64,000 nucleotides of DNA, from positions 258,560 to 322,559 of the forward strand of contig JALMLS010000017.1 in the NCBI GenBank assembly GCA_038496445.1, in the 5' to 3' direction. The notes beneath the pieces were generated by a model that did not search any database, was not told the origin of the DNA, and was given only the letters and a program-made list of their open reading frames with translations. A program made the position numbers and the translations under genes. The stretch is from Trichosphaerium sp. ATCC 40318. Lineage: Eukaryota > Protista > Tubulinea. Below, piece by piece: positions 14,701 through 28,475 of the stretch (position 1 is its first letter; every line of letters starts with the position of its first letter).

Positions 14701-14911
14701 AATACTCAAGTTTTCTAGCATTTGTACCTGATCCTGTTGGCTGTAAAAGTAACGGAATACGCACAAACGTAGCGTTTTTAGTCTTCCAACGCTGTATTAG
14801 CTTAAATTGCTTTTGAATTATATCCACTACACTAGAAGCACAATGTACAGCAGTGAGCGGTAATTCAACAACACCTTCAGACGTTTTGACATCTTGGGCA
14901 ACCAAACTCAT
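11765..14911 (-). CDS. Large hypothetical protein (spliced); possible degenerate P-loop/STAND-like region
   Basis: Chain of minus-strand exons with GT-AG introns. PTGSGT and TAGYPILV are only weakly reminiscent of Walker A and GxP motifs. 3' end approximate. Confidence 0.55.
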
Positions 14912-14982
14912 TGTATTGGACACACGCGTTGCGTTTACAATGACCCAGTACAAATAACAAAAAGCAGTTACAGTCAAACGTC

Positions 14983-16691
14983 TTATTCTTTCTTTTTACA
15001 TTTTTTAGAAGACTTAAGTACTAATGGCTTGGCTTCTCTGCCCATCATGTACATATAGTTTCCATGTTCTTTATACAGGCTATTAACACCTCCTTTCTTT
15101 ACAGCAAAGTCTGCAAAAATGTATCCAGTACAGAAAGCGTCGTAAGCAGCCGAATGAAGTACCTTCTCTGTGATTATATACAAGTCTTTACCATCTTTTG
15201 GTTTATCATCAGAGGAAGAATCCAATTCCATCAACTCGCCTTCTTCTGACGGTTCTGTTTTGCGCCTTTTAGCTTCTGGCTCTGTCTTATGTTCTAGATT
15301 TCGCTTCTTGGTTTCGCTCAATGATTGGTTATTATTCTTGCGAACCTTATCTTCGTGATCAAGGATTACATTAATATCATGAGAATCTAGAAAAGAAGTT
15401 AGAACAGTGACTTAAAAAAAACAGCAATAGATTTTACACGTACAAGGACAAGATTCTCCTTTCCTACAGTGACCTTTTTTCTAAGGGTAGTGAGTGTTTG
15501 ATGTAATGTGTAACACCCGTACAGCGTATGAGTTACAAATTCCTGATTTTTTCTCTACAATAGGCACAGAAGAAGGTTTAACTGAAAAGACAGGATTTGG
15601 CATAGGACAATCACAAGTTAAAAAATATGTGCCCTTTTTCTTCTTTCTAGCAGCGTTTTGACGCATTCTAATGATGGAATTAGACTCAATGGTTTATTTA
15701 GAATGTGGTACCGTTTATAAAATTGATATTCCAGAAAGTTGGCTTGCATTTTGTCTGATTTTTCAGCCATAAGTTTGGTGTCGTATATAACAGGAAAGAT
15801 TTGATGCAAGTCATGACAGAACTGTTCCAAGTTATCTGCTAGGCGCCCTTGCAACCTAAACAAGGTAATTAGCTGTACATTCACCCCTTTAAGTGTCAAT
15901 ACCCTGAGTACAAGAACATAACATCCAAAAGACCATTGTGAACTATTACTGGCTTTCTGGCTGCTTTCATTGCATCAAACATGTCATAGAGGACATTGAG
16001 GCACTTTGGTCGGCGTTCTGATCTATACTTTATACCAGTGGCAAACAACCTAGCAACATACTAAGAAACCTAACAAATCACAAATGACACTCACCTATTG
16101 AAGTCAAAACCTGTACCAGACTAAGATAAAAAAATAAGTGTCAGTTCAAAAGTTTCGATACGAACCAGGAATTCAAGCGATGATGATCCTAATATCATTA
16201 TTTGAGCTGAGGGACATAACGTCACACGTACCAACTGAGAATTCTTGCTTTTTGTAGCATATAACCGAGAAATTTGAGGCACTGTATGCTCGTTCGTATT
16301 TCTGGAAAAATGACATGAGCTACTTGACATGTACATAACAAACGCACAGATTTGGTGCTATCTGATGTAGGAACGAATAAAGATATTCCAATTTCAAGCA
16401 TAGTTCTCTTCTCGATAAATTTCTTTAAATTAACGTAGCGTACACCAACATCACTTCAATAGTTAGACTTTGAATGAATAAAGCACATACGGTGCCATTA
16501 ACCCATCATCACGAATAGTGTTTGAATCAATCCCGCTAAACTCGGTGTCTATGCTTATAAACTCTGTAGCGGACGTCAAAGTTGTAAATTCTGGCAAGAC
16601 ACGATCTGCATTGTTTCTATGACGTTACGTCAACGCTTGAGAGTCATATAACAATAACTAACCTATCAACAACGGTTGCGGTGTATTCCAT
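14983..16691 (-). CDS. TOE1: CAF1/DEDD-family deadenylase with CCCH zinc finger (TOE1-like; spliced)
   Basis: ISIDTEFSG, HNGLLD, YDTKLMAE, C-x8-C-x5-C-x3-H finger (CNSYA..GHCRKGESCP..H) and HSAAYDAFCTG. Confidence 0.82.
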
Positions 16692-16762
16692 GCTGCACTA
16701 CTTAAAAACGCCAAAATTAAACTGGTTAAGTACGTTCACAGGTAAAAAGACTGCGTAACATT

Positions 16763-18610
16763 ATGAAAGCAGCGTTCCTCTGTCTGTTGGTCGTGTGTAC
16801 AGCACTGGCCGTTCAGTTTGTAGACAAACCATCCCCTCCTCCACCTGGGTCGCCTACGGCACCCCACCACGAACCCGAAGCCGTACTGAATTGTACACGC
16901 GAGTACGTCACTTCAGGAATCAACAATTTTTAGCTTAGTGTCGTAAGGTCAAAAGACGCTGTTTTATGCGACGGAGAGAAGTTTGAGCGCCTCGAGATTG
17001 ACGAAGCTGGTATTGTTTTATTACATTGACTGTTTGCTCACCACGAGCAGGTAGCAAGTTGTTTTGGATTCATTTGTCCATGTCGCTATTTTGCGTATTG
17101 TTTGCTGGTTTAATGTCGGGATTAACAATGGGTTTAATGTCTCTAGACGTCATGCACCTGGAGATTCTACAGAAGGTACCAACGCCAAAAACCCCGATAA
17201 TATTCTGCCTAACAAATACTCAGTCGGGCTCGAAGACTGAGTCAGCGCGTGCTGGAAGAATCATACCTCTCGTAAAACGTCATCACTGGCTTTTAGTAAC
17301 ACTCCTATTGTGCAATGCAGCGGGTAAACTACAGACATTTGACACTTGATCCAGCTTGCGCCCAGCTTAACTTTTTTCCCCTATGTAGCTATGGAAGCGC
17401 TCCCAATCTTCTTAGAGCACCTCGTTAACCCTATCATCGCAATCGTAGTATCAGTCACAGCTGTACTATTTTTTGGAGAGTACGACTAGCCTTTTACTAA
17501 AATGATGTCTTTTTGCATACTTACGCTTGTAGAATTATTCCGCAAGCCATTTGTACCAGATACGGTTTGGCTATCGGCGCAAATTTATCTTGGTTTGTTT
17601 GGGGCCTCGTTGTTGTTACATCTCCACTATCTTTCCCCATCAGGTTCAACATCACTGACTTATAGTTTATTAACTGATGCTAGTTTATTGCTTGATTGTC
17701 TTCTTGGTAAAGATCATACAACGTTCTTTAGAAGAGCTGAACTGAAAGAACTCGTTGCCATACATGCATACGCACCTGATATGCAACCTCATAAACATGG
17801 AGAAGCAAGACATGGTGGACCTTTGTCCATTGACGAAGTCACGATTATTAAGGGCGCAATTGATATGAAGACTAAAACAGCTATTGACGTTATTACTAAC
17901 TTGGATGAAGTATACATGCTCCCAATAAGTGGTAAATTAGACAAACCAACAATGACAGAGGTAAGCTTGAATCAAACTTTATTTGTTAATCTATAACCAT
18001 GGATGTAGATACGCGAGAAGAACCACAGTAGGATTCCTATTTACAGATTCAGTTCTGATCATATTATCGGAATGATTCTAACAAAGACTCTTATACTAAT
18101 GGATCCTAATGACGAAACGCCATTAGACGATTTACCAATCCATCGTATGCCTACAGTAAATGAGAACACTCCACTGTACACTTTGCTCGATATCTTCCAG
18201 ACTGGGCGCAGTACGTGCTTTGTTAGTTAATTTTGTCTAATTGCTTCATAGGTCACATGGCTGTAGTCAATAAACCAGATAATATTACACCAATTGGTGT
18301 CGTTACTCTGGAAGACGTTATAGAAGAGCTTATTCAAGAGCCTATCGAAGATGAGGCGGATAACGCTAGAGGTAAACCTGTAGTTCTCACAACCAGTGGA
18401 ACAGGGATAGGTCATCGCCCTACCATTCCAAGTGCTATCGGATTGGCACGCTCTGCGTCATCCACAACTGCAGTCCGCCGCAAGACGCCACGTTCTGATA
18501 GTACCAGTAACGATAAAGACACCAATGATAGTTTGGAACCGCTCATTCGACTGGAATCCGACGTTGAACAAGGCCCAGGCAATGTAGATGACCGTCACTC
18601 CGTAAATTAA
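16763..18610 (+). CDS. CNNM/DUF21-CBS metal transporter (MAM3-like; spliced)
   Basis: Signal peptide, [52 protein letters not shown] and [20 protein letters not shown]. Confidence 0.92.
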
Positions 18611-18887
18611 CTTGTAGTGCGAATTAAAAAATAAAATCTCTGGCTGAGTTCCTCTTAACCAAGTGTGACACTTACATCCGCGTCGGATTACTTTTTCCTC
18701 ACTGTAAAGGCATTGTGAGGCTCTTGGTTATGATTTGTTGAATGACGTTTCACAAATCCTCATTGCTTTAGTCGGACGCTCCGAGCACTACTACAGAACC
18801 AAAGACAGTACAGTTTACTCAGTGCCACGCTTATTGGGCTACAATTAAGCAAGCGATTATTTCTTTAAGTTTCAGAGCTAAACGAGC

Positions 18888-21800
18888 ATGGCAGGTGGGC
18901 AGTTTGACTTTGAGGCTAAGTGGGTTGAGCTGCAGAAAGGCCTAGAGCTGATAGTAAATATCTGCTTCAATATTGATAAAGAGAGCAAGATCGACTTCAA
19001 GGAATGGCAGTTGCTTTACCAGTATCCTTACTACTTCATTTAAATACTCTAGCATCTATTACACTTAACTATAGAGCGTTGTGTATACCTGGTGCACCAG
19101 ACAAGAGGACGCAAAAAAGGATGAGCTGTATCAGAAAGTAGCTGATTTTTTCGTCGTTACTGTCGAGAAACAAGAAGAGGTAGTTATTTGTAATTTTATG
19201 CCGCGTTTTTAACGTAGTGTAACGTCTTTGTTGTAGATCTTGCGTGAAAAGACAGGTGTCGTACTTTTACGCAATTTCCTTAGTTTATTCAAGTATTACA
19301 CAACCGCCTCTAAGATGATCAAAAAAATTTTCCAATACATGGTACGTGCATTTACAATTTAGGTATTTAACGATAAAAAGCACCGTTATTGGATCCCAGC
19401 GCAACAGCAGGCGCAACAAGAAAAGAAAGTCAGAGATGTTGATGTGGTAAGTGAACTAATTACGTCTAAAATAGCCGTCATCCATAAACAACTTTAAAGC
19501 GCTTCACGACAGGCTATTTTATTCTTCGAATGGTCAAGTAACGTGTTAACATAATCTTTTTAAGCTCTCGCTCGTTAAATGGCGTACGCACTGCTATGAC
19601 AAACTCAAACCAAAAATATTGGCTGCTCTACTAGGTAACTAATACATACTTTAACGCAAATTTTGAAAAATTCAGTTTAAAAAAAAAGGCAAAAAAACTG
19701 ACCAACAAATGCTTTGCTTACACTGAATAGACCTTGCTGATCTCGACAGAAATGGTGAAACTGTAGATAAGAGTCTTTTTTCTAATATGGTCCAAGCCTA
19801 CAGTGCGTAGAGATGATAAGATTGGATGATAAAAGTCGATTAATTTTTTTTCTTTTTTATTTTAGTTCAACTTGGTGTAAATGAAGAACAACCTGTATTG
19901 TTTTATCAGACAGAATTTCAAGACCCTTTCATTGCTCGCACAGAAGCTTTTTATATTAAAGAATCTGATAATTACTTGCAAGAGAACAGCGTCTCACAGT
20001 ATATGCAAAAAGCTGAGGAGCGGTTGAAGCATGAAGAAGGCAATGCTCGTGGTTATTTACACCCTGAAACAGAACCAGTGGTGCGTTTGAGTTCTTTGTC
20101 AAGAAGAAAGCAGTATTATTTGTTTGGTTTTTTTTTTTCATTAGAAAAAGGAATTACTTGCGCTAGTTACCTTGCTGATACGTTTTTTAATTTAGTTGCA
20201 AGCAGCTTGTGAAAGTGTATTAATTGAACGACATAATGAAATCCTTCAAAATGAATTCCAAACTATGTTGCGAGACGAAAAGGAAGATGGTGCGGACTCA
20301 TTCTTTTTTGTTGTTGTGTTTGGTTTCTAAATATTTTTTTCTTGCTTAGATATGCAGCGCTTTTACTTTTTATTGTCACGTATCGATAGTGGTTTGAATG
20401 CTAGTTCTGCTACAATGAAAAATTTTCTAAAGGAAGTCGGAAACGGTGTCATTGTTGAACAATCAACTAAACTCGATACAAAAAAAGCGCTTAAAAATTC
20501 TGTACCTTTCATGCATGAGCTTCTTGCTGTACACAAAAAGTATGTTGGTATTATACGCAAGTGCTTTTCTGATCACAAGCTATTTATCCAAGCTATGGAC
20601 GAGGTACGTTATAATAGTTCTTATGGACGTCATAGTGGGCGGAAAAAAAAGTTTTTTTTTTGAATTTTTTTTTTCATTTCTAATACCTTGTGTTAAGGCA
20701 TTTACCTTCTTTGTCAATAAAGAAGTAGGCGTATTCTCTATGGCTGAACTTCTTAATTTCTTTGTTGATCATGTTCTCAAAGGAAATGAAAAATTGGCTG
20801 AAGATCAACTTGAAGAGACTCTTGAGGCTACTGTCCGCTTGTTTACTTATTTTGATGATAAGGATGTATTCTACATGTCCTTCAGACGATCATTGAGTAA
20901 GCGTCTACTATCCAGAAAAGTAAATGAAGATGCTGAGCGCAGTTTTATCGGAAAACTAAAGGTGAGTTGTTAAGGTTTTTTTTTGTTACTTTTGCTGTAT
21001 TGACATTTTTATAGATGAGTTGTGGTGATGCCTATACTAAGAAGTTGGAGGGTATGTTCAATGATATCAAGCTAGCAAGCGAAAAACAACAACACTTTAA
21101 AAACTGGATGGTCGAGAAAGGAAATACTCAAACTGTTGATCTATCGGTCATGGTAAGAACTCTTTATTGTTTTTTAAAGCTTATTAAGTCGTTTTAAGGT
21201 ACTCAACGACTTATACTGGCCGCTTAGTAAACAAACTGAGTTGCAACTTCCAACTGAACTCATTCAATGTGTTGGCTTTTTTGAAGAATACTATCACACG
21301 TACGATGTTCAATTCGCTTGGGGTACACTTATTTTTGCTTACTTATGTTGTAGAACAACAGAAAAGAGAAAGTTGAAGTGGATTTACAATCAAGGAACTA
21401 TATCTGTCTATAGAACATACAAGGATGCTAAAGGACGAGCAAGGAGGCTAGAATGTGTTGTTTCATGTATTCAAGCTTGTATTCTTAACCTTTTCAATGA
21501 TAATAATGAAATGACGTTTAAAGAAGCACAGAAACAACTCAACTTATCTCCAGACGTCCTAAAATTTTCCATACATCCATTGATATTCGCAAAGTCTAGA
21601 CTCTTGACACGAAAGAAGATTGAAGGAGCAAAACGTACGAGAATTGTTTCCTTTTTTTTTTTTCTCCGTGAAAGAAGGCTTGCGAGGTGTAAAGGAGGTG
21701 AATGTTTTGTTTTTCTGAGTGTTTCTTTAGCTGTTGGAAGGAAACCTATTGACGAAGAAGATATTTTTGTCCCATTCAACTTCCGTAAAGTACCAAAGAA

Positions 21801-22281
21801 CAGAATCCAGTATCCTCCTGGATCCACACGCTTGATTAAAAAGGAATCTAAGGAAGTCCAAGATAGAACTAAACATGAGGTATGTATTATCCACATGCAG
21901 ACTTTTTTAATTGAATGTCACAAGTGTCACGTGATAAATATTTTTGTGATGTTTTGTTTTATTTGTTTTTTTTATTTACCGTTTGTTTCTAGCGTATTAT
22001 AAAGATTGAACTTTCTCTTGTACGTGTGATGAAAGCACGTAACGTATTATCTGTAAATGAGCTTATCACTGAGGCTTCTAAACAATTACTAAAATTCTTC
22101 CGACCGGATCCTCGTTTGGTAAAGAAAAGAATTGAAACACTTATGGAACGCGGTTTTATGCGTCGAGGTACGTTCTCTGTTAACATGTCTTTAATTTTTT
22201 TTTGTTGCTGTTCGTTCTTCTGAACTAAGTGGTTTGTTTATAGATGATGCTGATCAAAAGGTTATCCATTACGTTGCTTAA
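18888..22281 (+). CDS. Cullin (CUL1-like scaffold; spliced)
   Basis: DKDVFYMSFRRSLSKRLL, YTKKLEGMFNDIKL, RKLKW, neddylation motif VRVMKAR, and winged-helix end VKKRIETLMERGFMRRD...YVA*. Confidence 0.95.
19022..19076 (+). other. Probable U12-type (minor spliceosome) intron in cullin
   Basis: Donor GTATCCTTA and branch-like CACTTAAC (19062-19069). The frame is kept only if the acceptor is the AG at 19075-19076. Confidence 0.65.
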
Positions 22282-22777
22282 GAGTGCTTGACTTTAGCGT
22301 GTAAAAAACGTCTTCACACAAAAAAAAAGCAAAGAAAAAAAATGAAATAAAAACGCCTAGCGAGACACTGTAATAAAATTTGCGCTTGTAAAGGAAGATT
22401 ACAGTTTTTTTCGAATTGTTTGTCTTTTCGTTAGGTTGACTTTGTTTGAACCTACATTCGCACATAACGTTACAAATAGCGACAAGAAATGGCTGTACAT
22501 GCTTGGTGTTTGTAGCGCTCCCTTTGTACTGCGATTGTGTCATGTAAATAGGTACCAACGCTACAGAACACTCCATTCGCTTTTATATTAGCGTAGCCCC
22601 TTATTGAGTAGCTTTAAATGTGTTCTCTAACGAACAGTACAGTAAAAAGGTACATAGTGTACCAGGCACCAAGCACGTAACGGGAAAAACTATTGGGGCA
22701 ATAAATACGGACTGTCCAAACAGTACAGCAAATTACACAAAGCCAAGACACTACAACATAACCTACAATCATAAGAG

Positions 22778-23497
22778 GTGAATTATAGACGTCTGCTGTT
22801 TACCAGTACTTACAACAAAGTTAGTAATCTTGTACAACCATTACCGAAGCGTAGACGCTTACCCCACAAGCACTGGACCGTGCACGAGAACATAGTACAC
22901 TTTGCTAGGTTTGTAAGTATACATCACTTTAGTTGGGCTTTATTTACCATTTTCAGGCAGAAGCTTCATTGAAAATTGTAAGTGTAACGGATTGGTTCAA
23001 CGTGGCGTATCGAGATCTTCTTTTAATAGATGGAGGTAGATCTGTTATGAATCACTTTGATTGTTCTACAAGACGCTTCTTAAAAAGCGTTTATCCTGAT
23101 GTAGATTGGCATCCTTGGAAATTCAGTACAACTATACCTTTCATGGGAAAAGTTTTTATTTACATGTTTTTCAGAAAATTTGGCACAACACGTGTGGACA
23201 AACAAAAATCACGTGGAAACTTTTTTGGATGGACTTGCATCTAGATTGAGAATAAAAATTGTAGAGGATCTTACTCGTGTGTCAATGGCACAACTTGATA
23301 ACAACGGCGGAAGGTGGGTCTTAAGTTTTTTTTTGCAAAGCTAATGAGATTAGAGGTTTACGTGAGTATTGGCCGGATGTTTTACCTCAAGTGTACCCAA
23401 ATATTGAATGGAGATTAGAAAGCGATTCTTCAAATGTTATAAGATACCAACAGGTTACGTTGGTGAACTGTACATCAGAGTTGTTAAGACGATAGTA
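22778..23497 (+). CDS. Small hypothetical protein with aromatic W..P/YP..W repeat units (spliced; boundaries approximate)
   Basis: LKIVSVTDWFNV...GGRSVM...LKSVYPDVDWHPWKF, then a second unit (FLDGLASRLRI...GG...LPQVYPNIEW). Confidence 0.5.
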
Positions 23498-23528
23498 AAA
23501 CGTATTAAATTACTAAACTTTATTCTAA

Positions 23529-26159
23529 TTAATTGGTTGTTGTGGTTCTAACTGATGTTGTTGACATTGAGCGTGTTATTCTTGTAGGCTTTCTTCGTAA
23601 TTCCCAAGGAACAAGAACACGTCTAATAGGTGGAACTGTGAATATAATACCTATAACGAGCGCTATAACGATCTAGTACAATAATTAACATCAAACTGTA
23701 AATCTTTGTCTTTTTTTTGACTTACAAGAACGCCCACACCAGCTGCAACAATACCAATGGGAAACTCTCTATCACACTCTTGTTTAATAGAAAACACGCC
23801 ATGTAGCCTATAAAAACAAACTCAGTAAAGTGCAACAAAGAAGCATAATTACGGAAAAGGAAAATAATGAGAATAGTTTTGTACCCAACACTTGATGTCT
23901 CTTGGTATACTTCGTAGCATTCTGGTTCTTCTTGTATTATAACTCTACTACCTACTACGCAGCTTGAAGATATTATCAAAATCTTACTTGTTTTGGCTGG
24001 ATCAATCTGTGATACGTTAATGTTCAACACTCCGCTATCTGAGTTAGTGAAACAGCCCGATATGACAAGTGGATTGTTTCCATTGTGGAGTAGCGTTACA
24101 GTTCCGTTGTTGATGAAATCTCCTGTTATTGTTATAGAATCGTTGACAATAATATCAATATTATTTAGGACATCTCCTGTAATTGTACACGAGCTCACAT
24201 TGGCACTACATTTTAAGCAAGCTTCTGATGAACATTCAGCTAAAAAAATATTCAGTCTTGATGGTTTATTAAAATGTAGTCTGTACTTGAGCTCTTGTTC
24301 ACTTTTGGTGATATAGTTGGAGTGTTTGCCCTCGATAAAAAATATGTAGGTGCTGTCGTTGATTGCGTGGGTTCCGGAGGTCGTGTAGGTTGTATTGTGG
24401 ATTGTATGGTTGGTGTGGCCGTTGGCACTTGAAACATTGAAGCACATGGCATGTATGTATTCAAAAGTGGGTCAGTGAAGTGCATATTTTCTATAAATAA
24501 TGTAAGCTGATAGGAAAGGAAATCACTCAATTGGTGAAAACAAGGGCAAAAAGAAAAAAGTAAGAAAAAGTAAGCTTACGTCCACAACATGAAGATAAAT
24601 TGCAAACATCGCAGGGAATGCTATTTCCTGTAATGGTAGAGCCACACGCACTTGTGGCACCACAAAATAAGACGCTATCAGCGAATGTAAGGTGTGTACT
24701 AATGCCACAACCAATGTCGGTTTCGATTGCTTCAAAAGGCTTAGATAAACGAAACAATAGTACAACTTACATGGATGGAATGCAGTGTATCTAGAGTAAA
24801 TATTAGTCACTACTATTATACTTTTGGCTCTCACCTTAAGTTTAAGTCCGCGTTTGCATATACAACCTGTCGATTCACATCTCTTTGTTGCTGATCAGTT
24901 TTTTTGATAAATGTATTGACTTACGCTAAGTGGCAGTTATCCGAGAAGTACGATGATTCTATTGTGAGTGCGCTTCCTGAATAAATGGCACATCCTAGAT
25001 ATAACTAAATATTAGTTGTATTGAGATGATAACGATACCTTGAACGCCTGTAATAGGAGAAAGACCAGATAGCGAATTATTTAAGAAAACTGAGTTTTTA
25101 ACTACAAGTATAGTGTTGCTCGAAAACACGGCGCCTCCACGTATCGATAAACCTTAGGTATCTCGTGTTAGTACGTCGCGTTAGAAATACAACTGAATAC
25201 CATGTGACTCCACAGAATTTCTATCGAACAAGCATCCGTCAATATCAGCCTTTTCAACGGATTAATTTACGAAACTACAGTGGTCGTACTTGTGATACAC
25301 TGTCAACGAACATAGCACCGCCTATTCAATGTTATTAACACCACTGCTGTGAAAGCAAAAAAAGGAGTTTCTAATGGCATACCTTCGGCTTCTACTAAGC
25401 TGACAACGCTATTTTCTATAAAATGACATTGACTCATGTCTAAGGATGAAGCAGCTGTTATAAACAATCCTGCGCCTTTTGAAGAAGCGTCACGTTTCAC
25501 CGTATTATTAATAAACTTAGTTCTTGTAATTTCGATTGCACTACCACCTCTTTAACAACCAATACGTGATAGGCTATAGTAATTACTACCTGGTAAATAT
25601 GGTCAAAGCACCTCCTATAGGGTTGTTTATAGCATTGAGGTCTCTGAAAATACAATCTCTGTAGACGATGTTAACACTCACGTTGAATCTTAAAACCAAA
25701 AAAAAATCACGTGCGTTACAGAAACAGTCCGAGCATGATTTATGATAACTTGACAACCAACAAAATCTATGTTCTCAAAAGTAACTCGTTTATCTTCTCC
25801 GTTAATGACAGAATATGAATCGCACGTGACTTCAACCCTTCCACCAACTAGTGTCGTTAACTTGAATAAAACACGGAATAATTTTATGGAATAACAACCG
25901 TACACGAGTTCACCACGACATCGCTTTGTATGCTCACATGGTTTGAAAGCGTATGAGCAAAGTTGCCAAGTGTAATTGACGACAAATTTTGGGATAAATA
26001 GCATGAAAGGTCATTAGCGCATGGCGAAGTCTGGGATGTCATTTCTTGAAAAAAAAATATGAGTTGGGCTAGTTTGGGCATATTTGTGACGTCACCTCCA
26101 ACACTTTTTCCCAAATAGAATGCTACTATTACAAAACATAATATACAGGGATAACTCAT
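23529..26159 (-). CDS. Secreted/type I membrane protein with pectin-lyase-like (GGA/FxxN, Pmp-like) repeats and a Thr/Pro stalk (spliced)
   Basis: Signal peptide MSYPCILCFVIVAFYLG, repeated GGA(L/I/V)...F.xN motifs, Cys-rich block, PTATPT stalk and C-terminal TM helix (IGIVAAGVGV...IALVIGIIF). Confidence 0.65.
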
Positions 26160-26286
26160 ATACTGCACGTGATGCATTTGTACACCCAAGATCCTCGCTG
26201 GTTTTGAGCCTAACTTAACATACACGTCAGGTAAACTAAACCGAAATACTTATTAACTTCACCTGCTTTCAGTGAATCTAGTGCAT

Positions 26287-27322
26287 TTATTTGTTTCTCG
26301 CTTTATAATCAATAATGATGGTACCATTACTTCGAGTGAACGGTAGCATATTGATTGTTGTTGGAATTAAGAGGTGTAATTGCAAAAGCAAAGCAAAGAT
26401 ACAGGTATCTTTTACAATTCTGCTTTTCTAGTATCGGGTTTGCTCTCTTGTTCTGGTATACTTTTTTCGTATATTGGTACGGTGTGAAGTAGTTCTAACA
26501 ATTCCTTCAAAGTTTTTGTTGTGTCTGCAATCTAATAGTAACAGTAAGAAATAGTTGTTTTCAAATGTTTGATGTTAAATCAATTTCTTTTCTGGTCACT
26601 TGTAATACCTCACTGTCAGCGTTGCACGTGTTGTAACCGTATGTATCAATACCTATGATACCCATGCATTTGTTGATCATACTTATTATACCATTGTACC
26701 ATTTATCACGAGTATCACAAAGGTAATTAAACTTCATTGCGCTCGTGACAGCAACAATTTTGGGTATTTCTTTTGATAACTTATCATAGGCTTTAACAGC
26801 ACTGTCTCTTGAGATCTGTACGCGTATTGCCTTTTCCTCGGAACTGCGGAGTAAGCTTTGGATCATTGCTCCGTTCATCGTGTCGATAATGTCTTCAACC
26901 TCAATCACAGTCCGTCTACTGAAACGAAGATAAACAAAAAATACCATACTTAATCCTCATTTCTTACTGTCGCTTGGCAGAACCAGCCAAGCGATAAATA
27001 GTCTCCCAGCTTTCTATAAGTTTATAGTGAACTATTGCCAGTGTGCAGTGATCCACCAACCAATGAGCAGCGTCGTGAAGCTCATCAATGTGTTTTTCTC
27101 TATCAGCCTCAGAAAACAATGTTTCTGTTGTATTTAGCCTTAATTATAGCGTAAATCATCGTCAAAACAAGCTTTCACGTTGTTTGTCACGTGCCTTTTA
27201 TTTGCATACGCTAGAATGACCTTACCATGCTTATATCGCTCTTTTATATCCATTAAGTGGTCTGGAGTGATAATAGCGTGTGCGCCAACTAGAATAAGCG
27301 CCATGACCACTATTACGTTCAT
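26287..27322 (-). CDS. Hypothetical secreted Cys-containing protein (spliced)
   Basis: Signal peptide MNVIVVMALILVGAHA; exons joined by GT-AG introns; 3' end approximate. Confidence 0.55.
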
Positions 27323-27501
27323 GATTGCCTTGTGACAGTATCAAACAAAAGCAAAGCGTTGTAGCCACAATGGGTAAAGAAAAAAGTCTCAGCCCGATCT
27401 TTGGTGCCTTGGTCAAGAAAGGTATTGTGCGTCTTTTCATGTTAGCCTGCTAAGTATACAATCGCGAGACTGTTCGGAAACACTAGTTTTAGATATTTTT
27501 G

Positions 27502-27569
27502 TTACATCCGGATGTAATAGTTTGTCCGGATAAACTAATTTGAGCGCAACCACAAAAAATATATCCGGA
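27502..27569. promoter_or_regulatory. Tandem TCCGGA-centred palindromes in a divergent promoter
   Basis: TTACATCCGGATGTAA (27502-27517, perfect), TAGTTTGTCCGGATAAACTA (27518-27537, one mismatch) and a third ATCCGGA at 27563-27569. Confidence 0.55.
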
Positions 27570-27609
27570 GGATTCTCCACTTCAAAAACAATAACACAAC
27601 GACCACGTC

Positions 27610-28475
27610 ATGTCTGCAACAACATCTAAACTACATACTGTATCATTCTGGGATAACCTGGCAAGCCAAAAGAAAGGCGGTGATAGCATCGGAATAAGTA
27701 TGATGAAACAACACATGCGACACGTTGTGGCTGCTATGCCAAAGCCAAAGAAAGGACAGGTTATTCTAGATATTGGCGTCGGTGGTGGCACGGGATTGAA
27801 AGTTCTTGAAGAAGCTTACGGTGAAACTGGTGCAACATTTCATGGCATTGACTTCTCTCCTAAGATGATAGCCGTTTGCAAGGATTTGAAACTTCCTCAC
27901 GTGACTAGATTAGAGGTAAGGCTTTTGTATACAGTAACGTCTCTATTAATACATACGTTAAGGTCCAAGATATGTGTAAAATGGACAAGCTTGCTGATGA
28001 AACCTACGACTTCGTTGTAAGCTCGTTTGCAATGGAGTTTGCGCCAAATCACGTCACGGCATTTACTGAACTCTGTCGAATCTTGAAAAAAGGATCATCA
28101 GCTTATATCCTAGGATGGACTGATCTGACTCCAATGTCTCCAATAGGTCGTATTAGAGCCAAACTGTCACCAGGAAATAAACCATATTTTGGACATTCAC
28201 CTACACTGAACGACAAAGCAGTGTTTGAAGAAATTACGAAAAAAGCAGGATTCTCAAGCTTTTCTTTTAACCATGTTGAAGGAACTTTTACTGGTACTGT
28301 TGGCGATTGGATTGGTAATATAAAAGCAGAGCGTAGTCTTGGGGCCATTGGATCTGATGTTTCTGAGAAGCAATTTGCAAGTGCTGCTGAAGAAGTCCTT
28401 AATGAAATGTTTGGTATTTCTGATGGTCGTTTCACTCAAGTAACAAGAGCTTGGTTACTTGTAGCCACTAAGTGA
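27610..28475 (+). CDS. Class I SAM-dependent methyltransferase (one intron at about 27916-27962)
   Basis: ILDIGVGGG (motif I), GIDFSPKMI, YDFVVSSF and ELCRILKKG. Confidence 0.88.
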
